From Candidatus Methanoperedenaceae archaeon (GTDB taxonomy: Archaea; Halobacteriota; Methanosarcinia; Methanosarcinales; Methanoperedenaceae), in assembly GCA_963753595.1 (NCBI GenBank), contig CAVWCX010000024.1, forward strand, positions 123,496 through 187,495: a DNA stretch of 64,000 nt, in the 5' to 3' direction. The notes under the pieces are model-generated. The model was not told the DNA's origin, searched no databases, and saw only the letters and a program-made list of their open reading frames with translations. Made by a program: the position numbers and the translations under genes. Positions 19,884-30,660 of this stretch are shown here, one piece after another; position 1 is the first letter of the stretch, and each line of letters opens with the position of its first letter.

Positions 19884-20026
19884 AACCCTATAATGTACCG
19901 CAAAGTATTTAAGTATTTACATGTATATACTACAATATGAGGGAAATCAAAGCGGTTTCAGGCGGAAAAGTGATAATTAAAGATAATGTTGAAGAGATTT
20001 ATGAGAAAAAAGGCTGTGGGACAGAA

Positions 20027-21013
20027 TTAACCTGGGTACAGGTTCATGAGATTATGCCAGACCCCTGTGCAATTCAATGCGGTATCAATCCTATCATCCC
20101 TTTTTTGTCCTACTCTCCATCCAAACATTCTTTTATCTGCTGAAAACCCTGATTCAGAATTGTTTCTACGAAAATACTGTCCAAGATATGAGAACGTATT
20201 ATTTACAAAATCTTCCATCGTATCCTTCCATTTCCACGAACCTCTTAATGTGGCATTTTTTCTTGGAATGACATAGACTTTCGCTTCTCCAAATTTATCG
20301 ACATAAGAGGAAAAACTATAATATTTATCAAGCCTAATGCTATCGATTTGTATATCAATCTTCTTTATCATTTCCATAGCTCTATCGAAAGCTTCTTTTT
20401 CACTCTTTAAACTCATTCCAAATGCTACATACATCTTTGATTTGAGGTCGAGTAACTTGAAAGAATAAACAAAAGCCTTAGTTCCAGAATATTCTTTTGC
20501 TTTATCTTTTCGTATTTGAGTCTCAGAAGCATAATGTTTTTTTATCGTCAATGAATAACCAGTTCCATCTCCGCATGCATCAATATTCTTTACTCCTTTT
20601 TCCCTTAAAATGAGAATGTGAAGATTATGAATTGCCATTTCAACGTCATGATTCGAATACAATCTTTCTACAGTTTTATAACCGACATCAATTCCTGAAA
20701 GGAGAGAAAATAAACCAAGCATAGAAGCCATCATTCTGTTGCTTTCTCCTAATAGTTCTTTCAATAAAAGTATAATAACTCTCTGTTTAAGTTCTAACTC
20801 TGGAGGTCTTCCTTGGCCTCTATGAATTTCAATATTTATTGATTGATCTATCAATGGTTCAAGATTACGGATTGCTCCTTTGATCCGTTTCATCAATTGC
20901 TGTTCATAAGTCCGCCAATCTCGTTTCTTCTCTACCTTTCTATCCTTGTATTGTTTTAATAGAAAATCATCTATGTCCTTTATCCTGTCTCTAATATCAT
21001 CACTTTTTAGCAT
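20027..21013 (-). CDS. DDE transposase (ISNCY/ISA1214-like)
   Basis: DDE-like residues in 'CGDGTGY', 'LDKYYS' and 'Y.RRNNSESGFS..K'; 328 aa. Confidence 0.9.
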   Translation of the reverse strand: MLKSDDIRDRIKDIDDFLLKQYKDRKVEKKRDWRTYEQQLMKRIKGAIRNLEPLIDQSINIEIHRGQGRPPELELKQRVIILLLKELLGESNRMMASMLGLFSLLSGIDVGYKTVERLYSNHDVEMAIHNLHILILREKGVKNIDACGDGTGYSLTIKKHYASETQIRKDKAKEYSGTKAFVYSFKLLDLKSKMYVAFGMSLKSEKEAFDRAMEMIKKIDIQIDSIRLDKYYSFSSYVDKFGEAKVYVIPRKNATLRGSWKWKDTMEDFVNNTFSYLGQYFRRNNSESGFSADKRMFGWRVGQKRDDRIDTALNCTGVWHNLMNLYPG

Positions 21014-21066
21014 AACCCCCCAATGTACCGCAAAGTATATAAGTGTTTACATGTATATACTATAAC

Positions 21067-21228
21067 ATGAGAGAAGTTAAAGCTGTTTCAGGTGGAAAAG
21101 TGATAATTAAAGATAATGTTGAAGAGATTTATGAGAAAAAAGTTACACCTTATGGAAATGGTGCCAAGATAGATGCACAAAAAAAGGACATTGGTAAAAG
21201 AGTCTTTGTTATTGTTCTAAAGGACTGA
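21067..21228 (+). CDS. small transposon-encoded protein (DUF2080-like)
   Basis: MREVKAVSGGKVIIKDNVEEIYEKKVTPYGNGAKIDAQKKDIGKRVFVIVLKD; a homologue is present in every IS copy. Confidence 0.82.
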   Translation: MREVKAVSGGKVIIKDNVEEIYEKKVTPYGNGAKIDAQKKDIGKRVFVIVLKD

Positions 21229-21514
21229 TTGTTCAAATGGGAGGGGTATCTTTCAATTTTGTCCCACAGCCGAGAAAAAAGTTACACCTTATGGAAATGG
21301 TGCCAAGATAGATGCTCAAAAAAAGGACATAGGTAAAAGAGTTTTTGTTATTGTTCTAAAGGACTGATGGTTCAAATGTGGGGTGTGTCTTTCTATTTTG
21401 TCCCACAGCCGCCTCAGGCAAATTTGATGAAACAATCTCAAAAATCTCAAATAGATAATCTCCTAACTCCTATTCCGAAAAAATATCCGGACTCTACAAG
21501 TTGCACTTCTTCAC

Positions 21515-22579
21515 CTAAAACTCACGCCTTAAAACATCCAAAATCCTTTCGCTTGCACTGGAGTTGCCGAAGATATTCCTCTGTGTTCCCATCGGTGCCA
21601 AATCAGATATTGCCTTGATGATTTCGCCTTTATCCGCCCCTACCAGCACATTCCACCCTCTCTCCAGCGTCTCCACCCATTCAGTATTCTCCCTCAACGT
21701 AATGCACGGCACTCCCAGCATGTAAGCTTCCTTCTGGATGCCTCCAGAATCAGTCAGTATCTTCCTGGCATTAGCCATCAGCATAAGCATATCCAGATAT
21801 CCCAGGGGCTTGATCAACTTCACATTTCCAGGCATCCTCTCTATCAATCCATATTCATGCAAAAACTTCTCAGTCCTTGGATGCACAGGGAACACCACAG
21901 ACATGCCTGAATCGGACAGCGCCTCAATGATGCTTCTCATATTGTCAATTCTATCGGTATTGCCCGGACGGTGCACCGTGGTCACGAGATACTTCTGTTT
22001 CTCAAGCCCCAGTTCCTCGATAATCCTGGATTTTTTCCTCGACAATTTTAGATTATATTCAAGCGCATCCAGCATAACATCGCCCACAAGATACACGCCC
22101 TGCGTGATCCCTTCCTTAGCGAGGTTATCAACTGCGGTCTGAGTGGGACAGAATAAAATATCTGAAATATGATCAGTCAGAACCCTGTTTATCTCTTCTG
22201 GCATGCTCCTGTCAAAGCTGCGCAGTCCTGCTTCCACATGCGCCACCCTGATGCGAAGCTTCACTGCAGCCAGCGCGCCTGCCATTGTGGAATTGGTGTC
22301 GCCATAGACTAGCATGAGGTCCGGTTTTTCTTTTATTAACACTTTTTCTATTTCAGTGAGCATCTTTCCCGTCTGTTCACCATGGTTGCCTGAGCCTATA
22401 CCGAGGTTATAATCCGGTTTCGGGATATTTAGCTCTTCGAAGAATATATCTGACATATCATGGTCGTAGTGCTGTCCGGTATGGACTAAAATTTCCTGAT
22501 GGGCTTTGCGCACTTCGCGGGAGAGCGGGGCGCATTTAATGAACTGGGGGCGGGCGCCTATGATTGAGATGATTTTCAT
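21515..22579 (-). CDS. wecB: UDP-N-acetylglucosamine 2-epimerase (non-hydrolysing)
   Basis: Motifs 'GARPQFIK', 'HTGQHYD', 'GDTNS', 'HVEAGLRS', 'PEEINR' and 'TDSGGIQKEA'; likely start at MKIISII (22579). Confidence 0.95.
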   Translation of the reverse strand: MKIISIIGARPQFIKCAPLSREVRKAHQEILVHTGQHYDHDMSDIFFEELNIPKPDYNLGIGSGNHGEQTGKMLTEIEKVLIKEKPDLMLVYGDTNSTMAGALAAVKLRIRVAHVEAGLRSFDRSMPEEINRVLTDHISDILFCPTQTAVDNLAKEGITQGVYLVGDVMLDALEYNLKLSRKKSRIIEELGLEKQKYLVTTVHRPGNTDRIDNMRSIIEALSDSGMSVVFPVHPRTEKFLHEYGLIERMPGNVKLIKPLGYLDMLMLMANARKILTDSGGIQKEAYMLGVPCITLRENTEWVETLERGWNVLVGADKGEIIKAISDLAPMGTQRNIFGNSSASERILDVLRREF

Positions 22580-22764
22580 TTGTGTATCTGGGTTCTTTTT
22601 ACTATTGGAGGGTATATAAATGTGTTTGTGGGGGTGGAACGATGAGGGAGAGATAAAATTAGCGTGCATCTGAGGCATCATTTTGTGAGGTTATCTGCAG
22701 CTAATTTAGTTTTAATATACTGTGGCCATAGTATTATTATCAATGTTCATTCGAATTTAAAAAT

Positions 22765-25184
22765 GTGAAAAATGATAATATCTATAAAATAGTTTTATTT
22801 TTACTTCTTGTTTTCCAGGCATATGCCGTTGAATTAGTAGTTTCAACTGAGAACGACAACGTTTATTTAGATAATGATTCACTGGAAGTTAATATCTCAA
22901 TTAGAGAACCCACTCTTGAGGCATTTAAATTCAATTGGAACGGCACAAACTACAGTTTTTACGACTCCTCCCTGGTGTTGGCAATGAACTTCAATAATAA
23001 TTCCGCAATCGGTGAGAATTCAACAAAAGCAGCAGATATCTCAAAGTATGGGAATAATGGAACTATTGTTGGTGCTACATGGTCAACGGATGGAAAATAT
23101 AATGGAGCGTTACAATTTGATGGTTTGAACGATTATATTAACGCCGGAAACGAAACAAATTTAAATCCAACAGATGAGATCACTCTGGAAATGTGGATTT
23201 TCCCAATCAATTCAACAGCATCTAGACTAGGAATTATAGGTGGCATAAATGCTAGTTTTAGACACAGAGGTGAGATTAGGTATGAAACCGCCACTAAAAG
23301 ACTTTTATTCTTCGTTGGAAGTGACTCATCATATTTATATTCAAATACTAACTCAATCCAAGAAGGAAAATGGAATCATATTGCAGCAGTTGCTAAAAGT
23401 GGTAACTATATAAAATGGTATATAAATGGTAAACTTGATACCCAAACACTGACTAACGTTGCGATTATGACTAATTATTCTGCCGACTTATATATCGGTC
23501 GTGTCTCAAATTATTATTTCAATGGTTCTATTGATGAAGTTCGCATTTTGAATCGTTCCTTAAGTGATGATGAAATTAGAATGCAATATCAGTCAGAATT
23601 TCAGAAAATAAACTCAACTGATTATAGATTATATGAAAATGTTTCAATCAGTAACACTACTATAAGCCAAATGGGATATCTTAGCAATCCGGATTTGAAT
23701 CCTGTTGGGGGCGGTTCAGGATATTTAACATTGTTCTTAATGATTCTAATGTAGATTACAGAGTGTCTACTAAATCAGAATTATTGTCTGCTCTTTCATC
23801 TGCAGTTAGTGGAGATATAATTTACATAAATGATGCTGTAGAAATCAATCTCACAACTGAAACAGATATTATGATTCCAGGAGGTGTTACTTTAGCGAGT
23901 GGTAGAGGAAATGGGAGTAGTCAAGGTGCATTATTATATAGCAATAATATAAATCCTCCTGACGTTTTTGAATTATTTAAAACCAATGGGAGTGGAGTAA
24001 GATTTACAGGTATTAGGCTCAATGGAACAGATTTTGCAGTCGGAACAAATGGTGATGTACCTCACCCGACAAGAGGGATATATTCAGAATATCCGATCGA
24101 GGTAGATAATTCTGAGTTAATGGGGTGGACACATTGCGCTATATGTTTACATTACAATTCATCCGGGAATATACATCATAATTACATTCATAACAATGAA
24201 AGAACTGGATATGGATATGGAGTATCACTTGCTTATAATTCAAGTGCAATCATAGAAGCAAATATATTTGACTGGAATCGTCATAGCATAGCAGGGGATG
24301 GACAAATAAACACAAGTTATACTGCACGTTATAATCTTGTGCTTGGAAATGGAACCAGACATGGCTTTGATATGCATGGGGGTGCTGACCGAAATGATGG
24401 GACAAATATAGCAGGAAAAACTATAATCATATATGGTAATACATTTAATAAAATATATGATGTAAATAATTCTTATGCATCTGAAGCGATACTTATTCGT
24501 GGTATTCCTGCAGATGGTGCATATATTTATAATAATTATTTATATTATAATAATCAAGCCGAAAGCGTAAAACAAGTGAATGCATTTGGAAACATGAATT
24601 TATATAATAACTGCTTTTTAGGTAGTTGTGATTCAAATTATATCATAGATGGCACCTATACCTATTATGGCTGGGCGAGCGACATTTCAGGGAATTCAAA
24701 TAGTTCAGAAATAAGAACGATCACAGTTAACAGGGATAACAAGCCCCCAATATTCTCTTTCACACCATCCAATGGTTCAGTATTCAATCGAAACGACAGT
24801 ATCCTGATAAGCATTAATGCCAGCGATCCGGATAATGACTCACTCAGTTACAGCATAAAAATAGATGATCTTCAGGTCAGCACAGCACCAAATTATGAGT
24901 GGAAATCCAGCAATAATTCCCCGGGTTATCACCATATAAACGTATCTATCAGTGATGGGAAGTTAACAGTTACAAGAACCATAACAATTTACCTGAACAA
25001 CGTTTATTCCCGCTTTGATGTGGATGAAAATGGAATTATAAACACAGGTGATATTGAGACAATAGCGCAGCATATTAATGAAATCACAGTTCCTCCGTAT
25101 CCGGGATATGATGTGAACATGGACGGAATTGTGGATATAATGGATATCACGATTATCGGGCAGCATTTTTGGGATGCGACGTGA
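22765..25184 (+). pseudogene. secreted LamG + beta-helix + Ig-like + dockerin-like protein, split by a 1-bp frameshift
   Basis: ORFs 22765-23754 and 23763-25184 are colinear with paralog 2256-4223; one base is missing at ~23725; C-terminal 'DVDENGIINTGD...DVNMDGIVDIMD' dockerin-type repeats. Confidence 0.8.
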
Positions 25185-25516
25185 GCCCGGAAATAAGGTC
25201 ACTCTAACCTCTATAAAAAGCACTTGATGAACGGGCTCCTGCGATAGAGAGGAGTTTCATTTTTTGATACCATCTATAATAGTAACCCATCGCACTTGAT
25301 ACCATAAATTTCTGATTTATCTATGAAATATGAGCTTTTCTTAAATTCCTATATAGATTTTGTTTAACTTCCCTTTTATAGGCTATTTGGCGAAGTCAAG
25401 TGAAAAATCAAGGGTTATTTCAAAAAAATGATGCTATTGTCACTGATTTATTTGAAAAATTTTGTTCTCAAAGATGGGTTAAATCTCTCACTTTTCCCCA
25501 GAATAGTTCGTATTTT

Positions 25517-27049
25517 CTAATTGCCATTACAAATCACTTTGTAATTATCAGGAATTAAATCAGCATTAAAATTCATCGTTCCATTTATTAAATTACCCGA
25601 TTCAATAGTCATTTTGTTTGAATCAAGTAAATAACAAACTGTATTTGGTGATAAATTACTTAAATTACTAATATTAAACCAATCTATAATACCACTATTG
25701 AGTGTAAAATTCGCAATTTCTCCTGAATATGGGGGATTGTAACTGACATTCGCTATACCAGAAGTAGAAGCCATTCTCCATGATGTATTTATTGCACCGC
25801 TCAAATTTATGCTATAAATTATTGTCCCATCGGAATTGATTAAATTATGAAGCCCTGGCTTTCCATGAACAAACCTAAAGGAATCTTTTATAGCTTGTGC
25901 AATTCTTTCATTACCAAATTGATTAAAATGTAATCCATTATCTGGTGTGTAAGATGCATTTGTATCCCAACAATTCCCATAAGGACCCGACGGCCTGTAT
26001 ACACCTACATAACACCGTGCATCGACCACAATTGATGGAGTGTAGTTTGTGGCCAGTATAATTAACTGTTCGTTCAGATAATCTATCTTATTCACTATAT
26101 CATCTGAACCGTTTTTATTAGAGGGTAATATTAACATAATAACTGGAGTTATATTGTTATTATGTGTTTTCTGTATCATTGATTCCCAATTAGTAAGGAT
26201 CTCTGATGTACTAACTTTTGATAAATCATTTACACCACCTTCAATTAACACGAATTCTGGTTTTAAATTAACAACATCCGAATTGAACCTATTGTTAATT
26301 GATGTGGTATTTTGTCCACCGTACCCCATATTTTGATATGTTCTACCATTTACCTTCATTGACCACTGATTTTCAATTGATGTTGATATATTAGTACTAC
26401 CAGTATCCATTATTAAAGAACGATGTACAGGAGTCCCTGAGATGATCGAATCACCTATGAAGATCATATATGGTTTTTCCATATATGGTTCGATCACAAA
26501 AACATATGATTCATTAGTTTGGTTTGTCCAATCAAAATTTGTTGTTAATGTTGCCCCAGAGTCTATATAATAAGTCAGATGATTATTTATATTTTTATCC
26601 ACATAAAGTGCATTTCCTGAAGCTTTGATACGATAACCATAAAAATCACCTTCCTGGACTCCTTCTATTGGCGGATTAAGATCTATTATATTTACACCAT
26701 TATAAATGGCGTACTTATTAAATAAATTTTCTGTCGTTGCGATTCGATCATAATTACTTCCATTTTTTCTCCATATCGTAAAATAGAATTGATTTAAATT
26801 TAAAGCATTTGCCAAAGCAAATCTTATTTGATAAATTGTTCCGTTTTGTCTTATCCTGTCGTTGTGTCCTGCCTGTATGAATTCTCTATCGATACCCCCC
26901 CAATTAGGTCCACTTTGAGATGGTATATCTGCGTATGGTGCTGTTTTTGAGAAACTTGGAGATATAACGTCAGCATCTTGATCAAAGTAAGCTATAGAAT
27001 AGACCATTATAAATGATAGAATGATAGAAAAAAGAATAAATTTATGCAT
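25517..27049 (-). CDS. secreted SGNH/GDSL hydrolase domain protein
   Basis: Signal peptide; SGNH blocks 'FIGDSI', 'NMGYGG', 'GGVND' and 'DNGLHFN..GN'. Confidence 0.85.
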   Translation of the reverse strand: MHKFILFSIILSFIMVYSIAYFDQDADVISPSFSKTAPYADIPSQSGPNWGGIDREFIQAGHNDRIRQNGTIYQIRFALANALNLNQFYFTIWRKNGSNYDRIATTENLFNKYAIYNGVNIIDLNPPIEGVQEGDFYGYRIKASGNALYVDKNINNHLTYYIDSGATLTTNFDWTNQTNESYVFVIEPYMEKPYMIFIGDSIISGTPVHRSLIMDTGSTNISTSIENQWSMKVNGRTYQNMGYGGQNTTSINNRFNSDVVNLKPEFVLIEGGVNDLSKVSTSEILTNWESMIQKTHNNNITPVIMLILPSNKNGSDDIVNKIDYLNEQLIILATNYTPSIVVDARCYVGVYRPSGPYGNCWDTNASYTPDNGLHFNQFGNERIAQAIKDSFRFVHGKPGLHNLINSDGTIIYSINLSGAINTSWRMASTSGIANVSYNPPYSGEIANFTLNSGIIDWFNISNLSNLSPNTVCYLLDSNKMTIESGNLINGTMNFNADLIPDNYKVICNGN

Positions 27050-27479
27050 AATTCTTCCTTAAGAAATTTATATAAAAAAGATATTGTTTATGGGGTTTAT
27101 ATAATTGGCAAGTAAAATCACTTGCTTGAATTCACAAATATAACAGTAAAAGTTTAATAGATTGTAAATTATTAATTCTTTAGCAATATTATTAGGTGAA
27201 TATATTTTTGTATGTAGATTTAACAACATATAATATCATTTCTTGATCAATTTATTTTTTAAATATAACTAAACCCCTTTCTAATATTTAACTTTTTATA
27301 TTCGGGAAATGATAGTCGATATTTATTGTCTTGAAAACAGGACGAAGAGATGGAATAAAAGGAAGATATGGTTTTAGAAAATCTGATTAAACCCTATAAT
27401 TTTGCGAAGGTTGGGTTATAAAATACTTTTAATGGTGCTTGTTGAACTGTTTTTAATCCACTCAAATTTAGTTCCATTT

Positions 27480-27980
27480 ATTCAGACCCAATAACCTTTG
27501 AATGCATCTTAATATCATATATGTTTCTTCTGAGTTTTTTAAAATTTTTTTCAGAATATAATCTAACGGTTTATTGACTCTATAGTCAGAATAGCAATGA
27601 AATAAAAAATGGTTGTTAGTGCTCTGGAATTCGGTCCAGATCATGTTCACCTGTTCTTGGGAAATTGCAGAAAATACAGCGTTCCACAAGTGTCTCAATA
27701 TTTCAAAGGAGCAAGTTCAAGGGAACTTCGTAAAAAGTACATGGATCGTGTCAAGATAAAATTATATAGCGATTCTTTCTGGAGCGATGGTTACTTTTAC
27801 GAATCTGTAGGCAGAGTAACAAGTGAATCTGTAGAATATTACATAAAACGACAACAAAGTAAACATTGGGCAGATGTAGATTTTGAGGTTCATAAAAAAC
27901 CCCAATCGAAGAAATCTTTAAAGGACTTTTTCAAAGGTTAACCTAGACAACCATAAACGCTCAGGGCTTCCAGCCCTGAG
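27480..27980 (+). mobile_element. IS200/IS605 family remnant (5'-decayed tnpA plus subterminal hairpin)
   Basis: ORF 27609-27941 has 'PDHVHL', 'KGASSR', 'FWSDGYF' and 'YYIKRQ'; hairpin CTCAGGGCT-TCC-AGCCCTGAG at 27960-27980; left boundary approximate. Confidence 0.8.
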
Positions 27981-28013
27981 TACTTTAAATTTTTTCACTC
28001 AATCAAACTTTCT

Positions 28014-29375
28014 TTATTCGCTATGATCAAGTGTGAACTCAAATTTCTCACCATTGATATTGAGCATGAGTTTTTTCGGGGTTGCATCATCCTTCAATTT
28101 TTGGAAGAAAATAAGGCCTTCCCTATTCGCCATCGGATATATATTGGTTTGAGATATTTCGTTGGTTCTTGGTACTTTTATTATTTCATATTGCTGGTTC
28201 TTATCATCTAAAATCATGGATCCAGCCCCTATTTTGAATGGTTTCTCTATATTTTCCATGTTCTCTACTTTCAGCCAGATGCTTGTATATTGGAATGAAA
28301 CGTCCACACCCTTTAAAGTAATGTTCCATCCGCTCTTGATATAGGGTTCACCGGTCTTTCCAGCGATCTGCTTTTCTGTAACCGTCGATGTATTTATATC
28401 AAAATAAACAGTCTTGTTGGAAAAATTCCCTCCGGAATTATTAACATATAAGGTCATCTTATGCTGCCCTTCTGGAAATGGTTTATATATCTGGATATAA
28501 TCAAATTCAACATTCGAATTTATACCGCTTATTCGTGAACTTCCATTATTATATGGTCCGTCCATATCATAATAGTCAATATACTGGATACCATCGATTA
28601 AAACCTGTATTCTATTACCCTCGGCAATAATCTTCCATATATGCCACATTGCCGGGTCGATACCCCCAAGCACCGTATTATATAGGCTAACCACACCTGA
28701 ATCATTAAACTTCCTTAATTCAAGATACCCATATGCATTCCTCGTCTGTATGCGGTAATACCTGTTTTTTCCATTCAAACGCAGGTCAATGATCGTCATA
28801 TCTCCGGATGTGATCTTCGTTTTTGCCTCGATGACATAATCATCCCATTCAGGATCCCCAAACGACGATGTCCCTCCGTCTGTTATGTACTTGCCATCCT
28901 CAACGCTCCAGTTACCGTTCTCTTTCCATCTTTCTTTAGTTCCATCGCTAAAATCGTCGATGAACATGATATTGCCCCTGGCAAAATCTATACGCGAAAC
29001 AGTTCCATCGTTAGGAATGGAAACATTTGGGCCATCATCAATTGAAAGGAGGATTTTCCTGATTTCAATCCCTGACACAGTCATATCCAGCAGCGGTGCA
29101 CTGGTGAAATAAGTAATGTTCTCAGGTGAATTGATCTTGATTATGGGTTCCGGTAAAACGTACGAGATAGAACCAACAGATGATGAGCTAGGTCTATCTC
29201 CTAAGACAAAGGAAGCGATGATAGAAATGAAAAAAATCATAATAAGTGCTATTATGATCAGGTTATATTCATTCGGTATCTTTCCTTTTCTCTCGTGAAA
29301 GCCACGGAGAGAAGAGCGCTTTTCAATAATTCTTTTCCGTTCTTCACTTTCCATTATTTTCTTCCATTGATTCAA
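28014..29375 (-). CDS. membrane-anchored surface protein (Ig-like, lectin-like beta-sandwich and DUF4352-like C-terminus)
   Basis: One N-terminal TM helix; 'DDFSDG..W...GNW', 'WH..KI...GN.I...IDG' and 'FDYIQI'. Confidence 0.6.
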   Translation of the reverse strand: MNQWKKIMESEERKRIIEKRSSLRGFHERKGKIPNEYNLIIIALIMIFFISIIASFVLGDRPSSSSVGSISYVLPEPIIKINSPENITYFTSAPLLDMTVSGIEIRKILLSIDDGPNVSIPNDGTVSRIDFARGNIMFIDDFSDGTKERWKENGNWSVEDGKYITDGGTSSFGDPEWDDYVIEAKTKITSGDMTIIDLRLNGKNRYYRIQTRNAYGYLELRKFNDSGVVSLYNTVLGGIDPAMWHIWKIIAEGNRIQVLIDGIQYIDYYDMDGPYNNGSSRISGINSNVEFDYIQIYKPFPEGQHKMTLYVNNSGGNFSNKTVYFDINTSTVTEKQIAGKTGEPYIKSGWNITLKGVDVSFQYTSIWLKVENMENIEKPFKIGAGSMILDDKNQQYEIIKVPRTNEISQTNIYPMANREGLIFFQKLKDDATPKKLMLNINGEKFEFTLDHSE

Positions 29376-29447
29376 AAATTAATCAAGATTTATTTATCAA
29401 CTTCGTTTGAAAGAATATAAATAGATTCTTCTCAGTGTAGACATAAA

Positions 29448-30278
29448 ATGGTTGATAAAGTATTTTTTGGTCATGAAAAGAAAAATGGAGAAGAAATCCT
29501 TTCTATTACCGAAGAGTGCAGTACGCTTGAAGGAGAAAAAAACCATTTCATAGCGATAGTGAGTGGTAAAGGAGGGGTAGGCAAGACCACCATATCGGCA
29601 AATCTCGGAGTCGCTCTTTCAAAACTGGGAAAGCAGGTTGTTCTTATCGATATGGACCTTGCAATGCCTAACCTGGAAATAATAACTGGTCTTCATAATA
29701 TGCCGATTGGACTTGTAGACGTATTGGAAGGGCGGTTTGAGCTTGAACGTGCAGTTTATACAGGCCCTATGGGCATGAAAGTGCTCCCTCCAGGAGTTAT
29801 GCTTGAGGGGTATAGTCAAGAGAACATTGAAAAGATCAACCGATTGTTCAACGAATTCCCACTGAAAAGTGATTATGTTATCCTTGACATGCCAACGGGC
29901 AAGGAAGCAATTGAGGTTCTCTCAGAAAATATGGAAGCTCTGCTTGTTGTCAACCCGAACAAGGCGGCTGTTCAGGATGCCTTGAACATGAAGGTGTTGC
30001 TCGACAAAAAAAGAGTTAAAATTCTTGGTGTCATCCTCAACAGAGCCGAAATAGGCGATGGGCCATGGATAAAGGAGATAGAGAGATTGCTTGAGACCTG
30101 TGTTGTTTCTGTCATACAGGAAAGCAGGATGGTAAAAGAATCTCTTAACGATGAGGAGTGCTTCGTGGTATCATCGGCGCTTAGTGCTCCATCCGAGGAG
30201 ATAAATGAGCTTGCTGAGGAACTATTGAAGATATATTTACCAATCTTATTCATTATTGGATTTTTTTTGTTTGTGTGA
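29448..30278 (+). CDS. MinD/ParA family ATPase
   Basis: Deviant Walker A 'SGKGGVGKTT'; 'IDMDLAMPNL', 'LDMPTG' and 'GVILNR'. Confidence 0.9.
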   Translation: MVDKVFFGHEKKNGEEILSITEECSTLEGEKNHFIAIVSGKGGVGKTTISANLGVALSKLGKQVVLIDMDLAMPNLEIITGLHNMPIGLVDVLEGRFELERAVYTGPMGMKVLPPGVMLEGYSQENIEKINRLFNEFPLKSDYVILDMPTGKEAIEVLSENMEALLVVNPNKAAVQDALNMKVLLDKKRVKILGVILNRAEIGDGPWIKEIERLLETCVVSVIQESRMVKESLNDEECFVVSSALSAPSEEINELAEELLKIYLPILFIIGFFLFV

Positions 30279-30364
30279 AGTACTTTCGGATTTGTGATTA
30301 ATAAATTTGGAGGCTGCATCTGATTAGATGAAGCGCCTAGACTGTAATTATTTAATTTCAATGC

Positions 30365-30625
30365 AATTAATCTCATATTCAATGACATGGAATCCCATAA
30401 TCCATATTCTTTAAGGTATTTCTCTGTCCTGGGGTGCACAGGGAACACAACAGGTTCCTGACTCAGGGCATCGATGATATTTTGCATATTTTTCCGACTG
30501 TCAGTATTTGATGGCTGGTGCACTGTTATCACAAGTTATTCTTCTTTCTTTATTCTAATCTCCTCAATGATACTTGACTTCCCCTCGGCCACCTTCCTAT
30601 TATGAAGGAGCGCATCCATCATCAG
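30365..30625 (-). pseudogene. internal fragment of a second wecB
   Basis: 'ITVHQPSNTD...VVFPVHPRTEKYLKEYGL' matches the middle of the intact WecB at 21515-22579. Confidence 0.8.
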
Positions 30626-30660
30626 TATATTTATCTCATCCCAGCCATTATTAGAACTTT

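Larger units (their letters stand above)
20012..21271 (-). mobile_element. ISA1214-like IS, copy C (intact, 1260 bp)
   Basis: Both terminal IRs present; perfect 9-bp TSD GAGAAAAAA (20003-20011 and 21272-21280). Confidence 0.93.
19937..21367 (+). pseudogene. DUF2080-like gene of copy B, split by insertion of copy C
   Basis: 5' part 19937-20011 (MREIK...YEKK) and 3' part 21281-21367 (VTPYGNG...VLKD) lie on either side of copy C. Confidence 0.88.
18154..21410 (-). mobile_element. ISA1214-like IS, copy B (outer element carrying an IS481 and copy C)
   Basis: Left stub GGCTGTG at 18154; right end TGTCCCACAGCC at 21410; perfect 9-bp TSD GCCTCAGGC (18145-18153 and 21411-21419). Confidence 0.9.

Noticed and set aside
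19937-20143. 68-aa ORF treated as a real gene
   Set aside because: Chimera of the split DUF2080-like 5' half reading into the end of IS copy C
25183-25508. 7-bp inverted repeat GAGCCCG/CGGGCTC and an IS-end-like GGCTATTTGGCGAAGTC at 25381
   Set aside because: Stems are short, and no convincing matching end or TSD supports a MITE
29972-30532. 186-aa minus-strand ORF
   Set aside because: A wecB fragment running on antisense to the MinD-like gene; not a coherent protein
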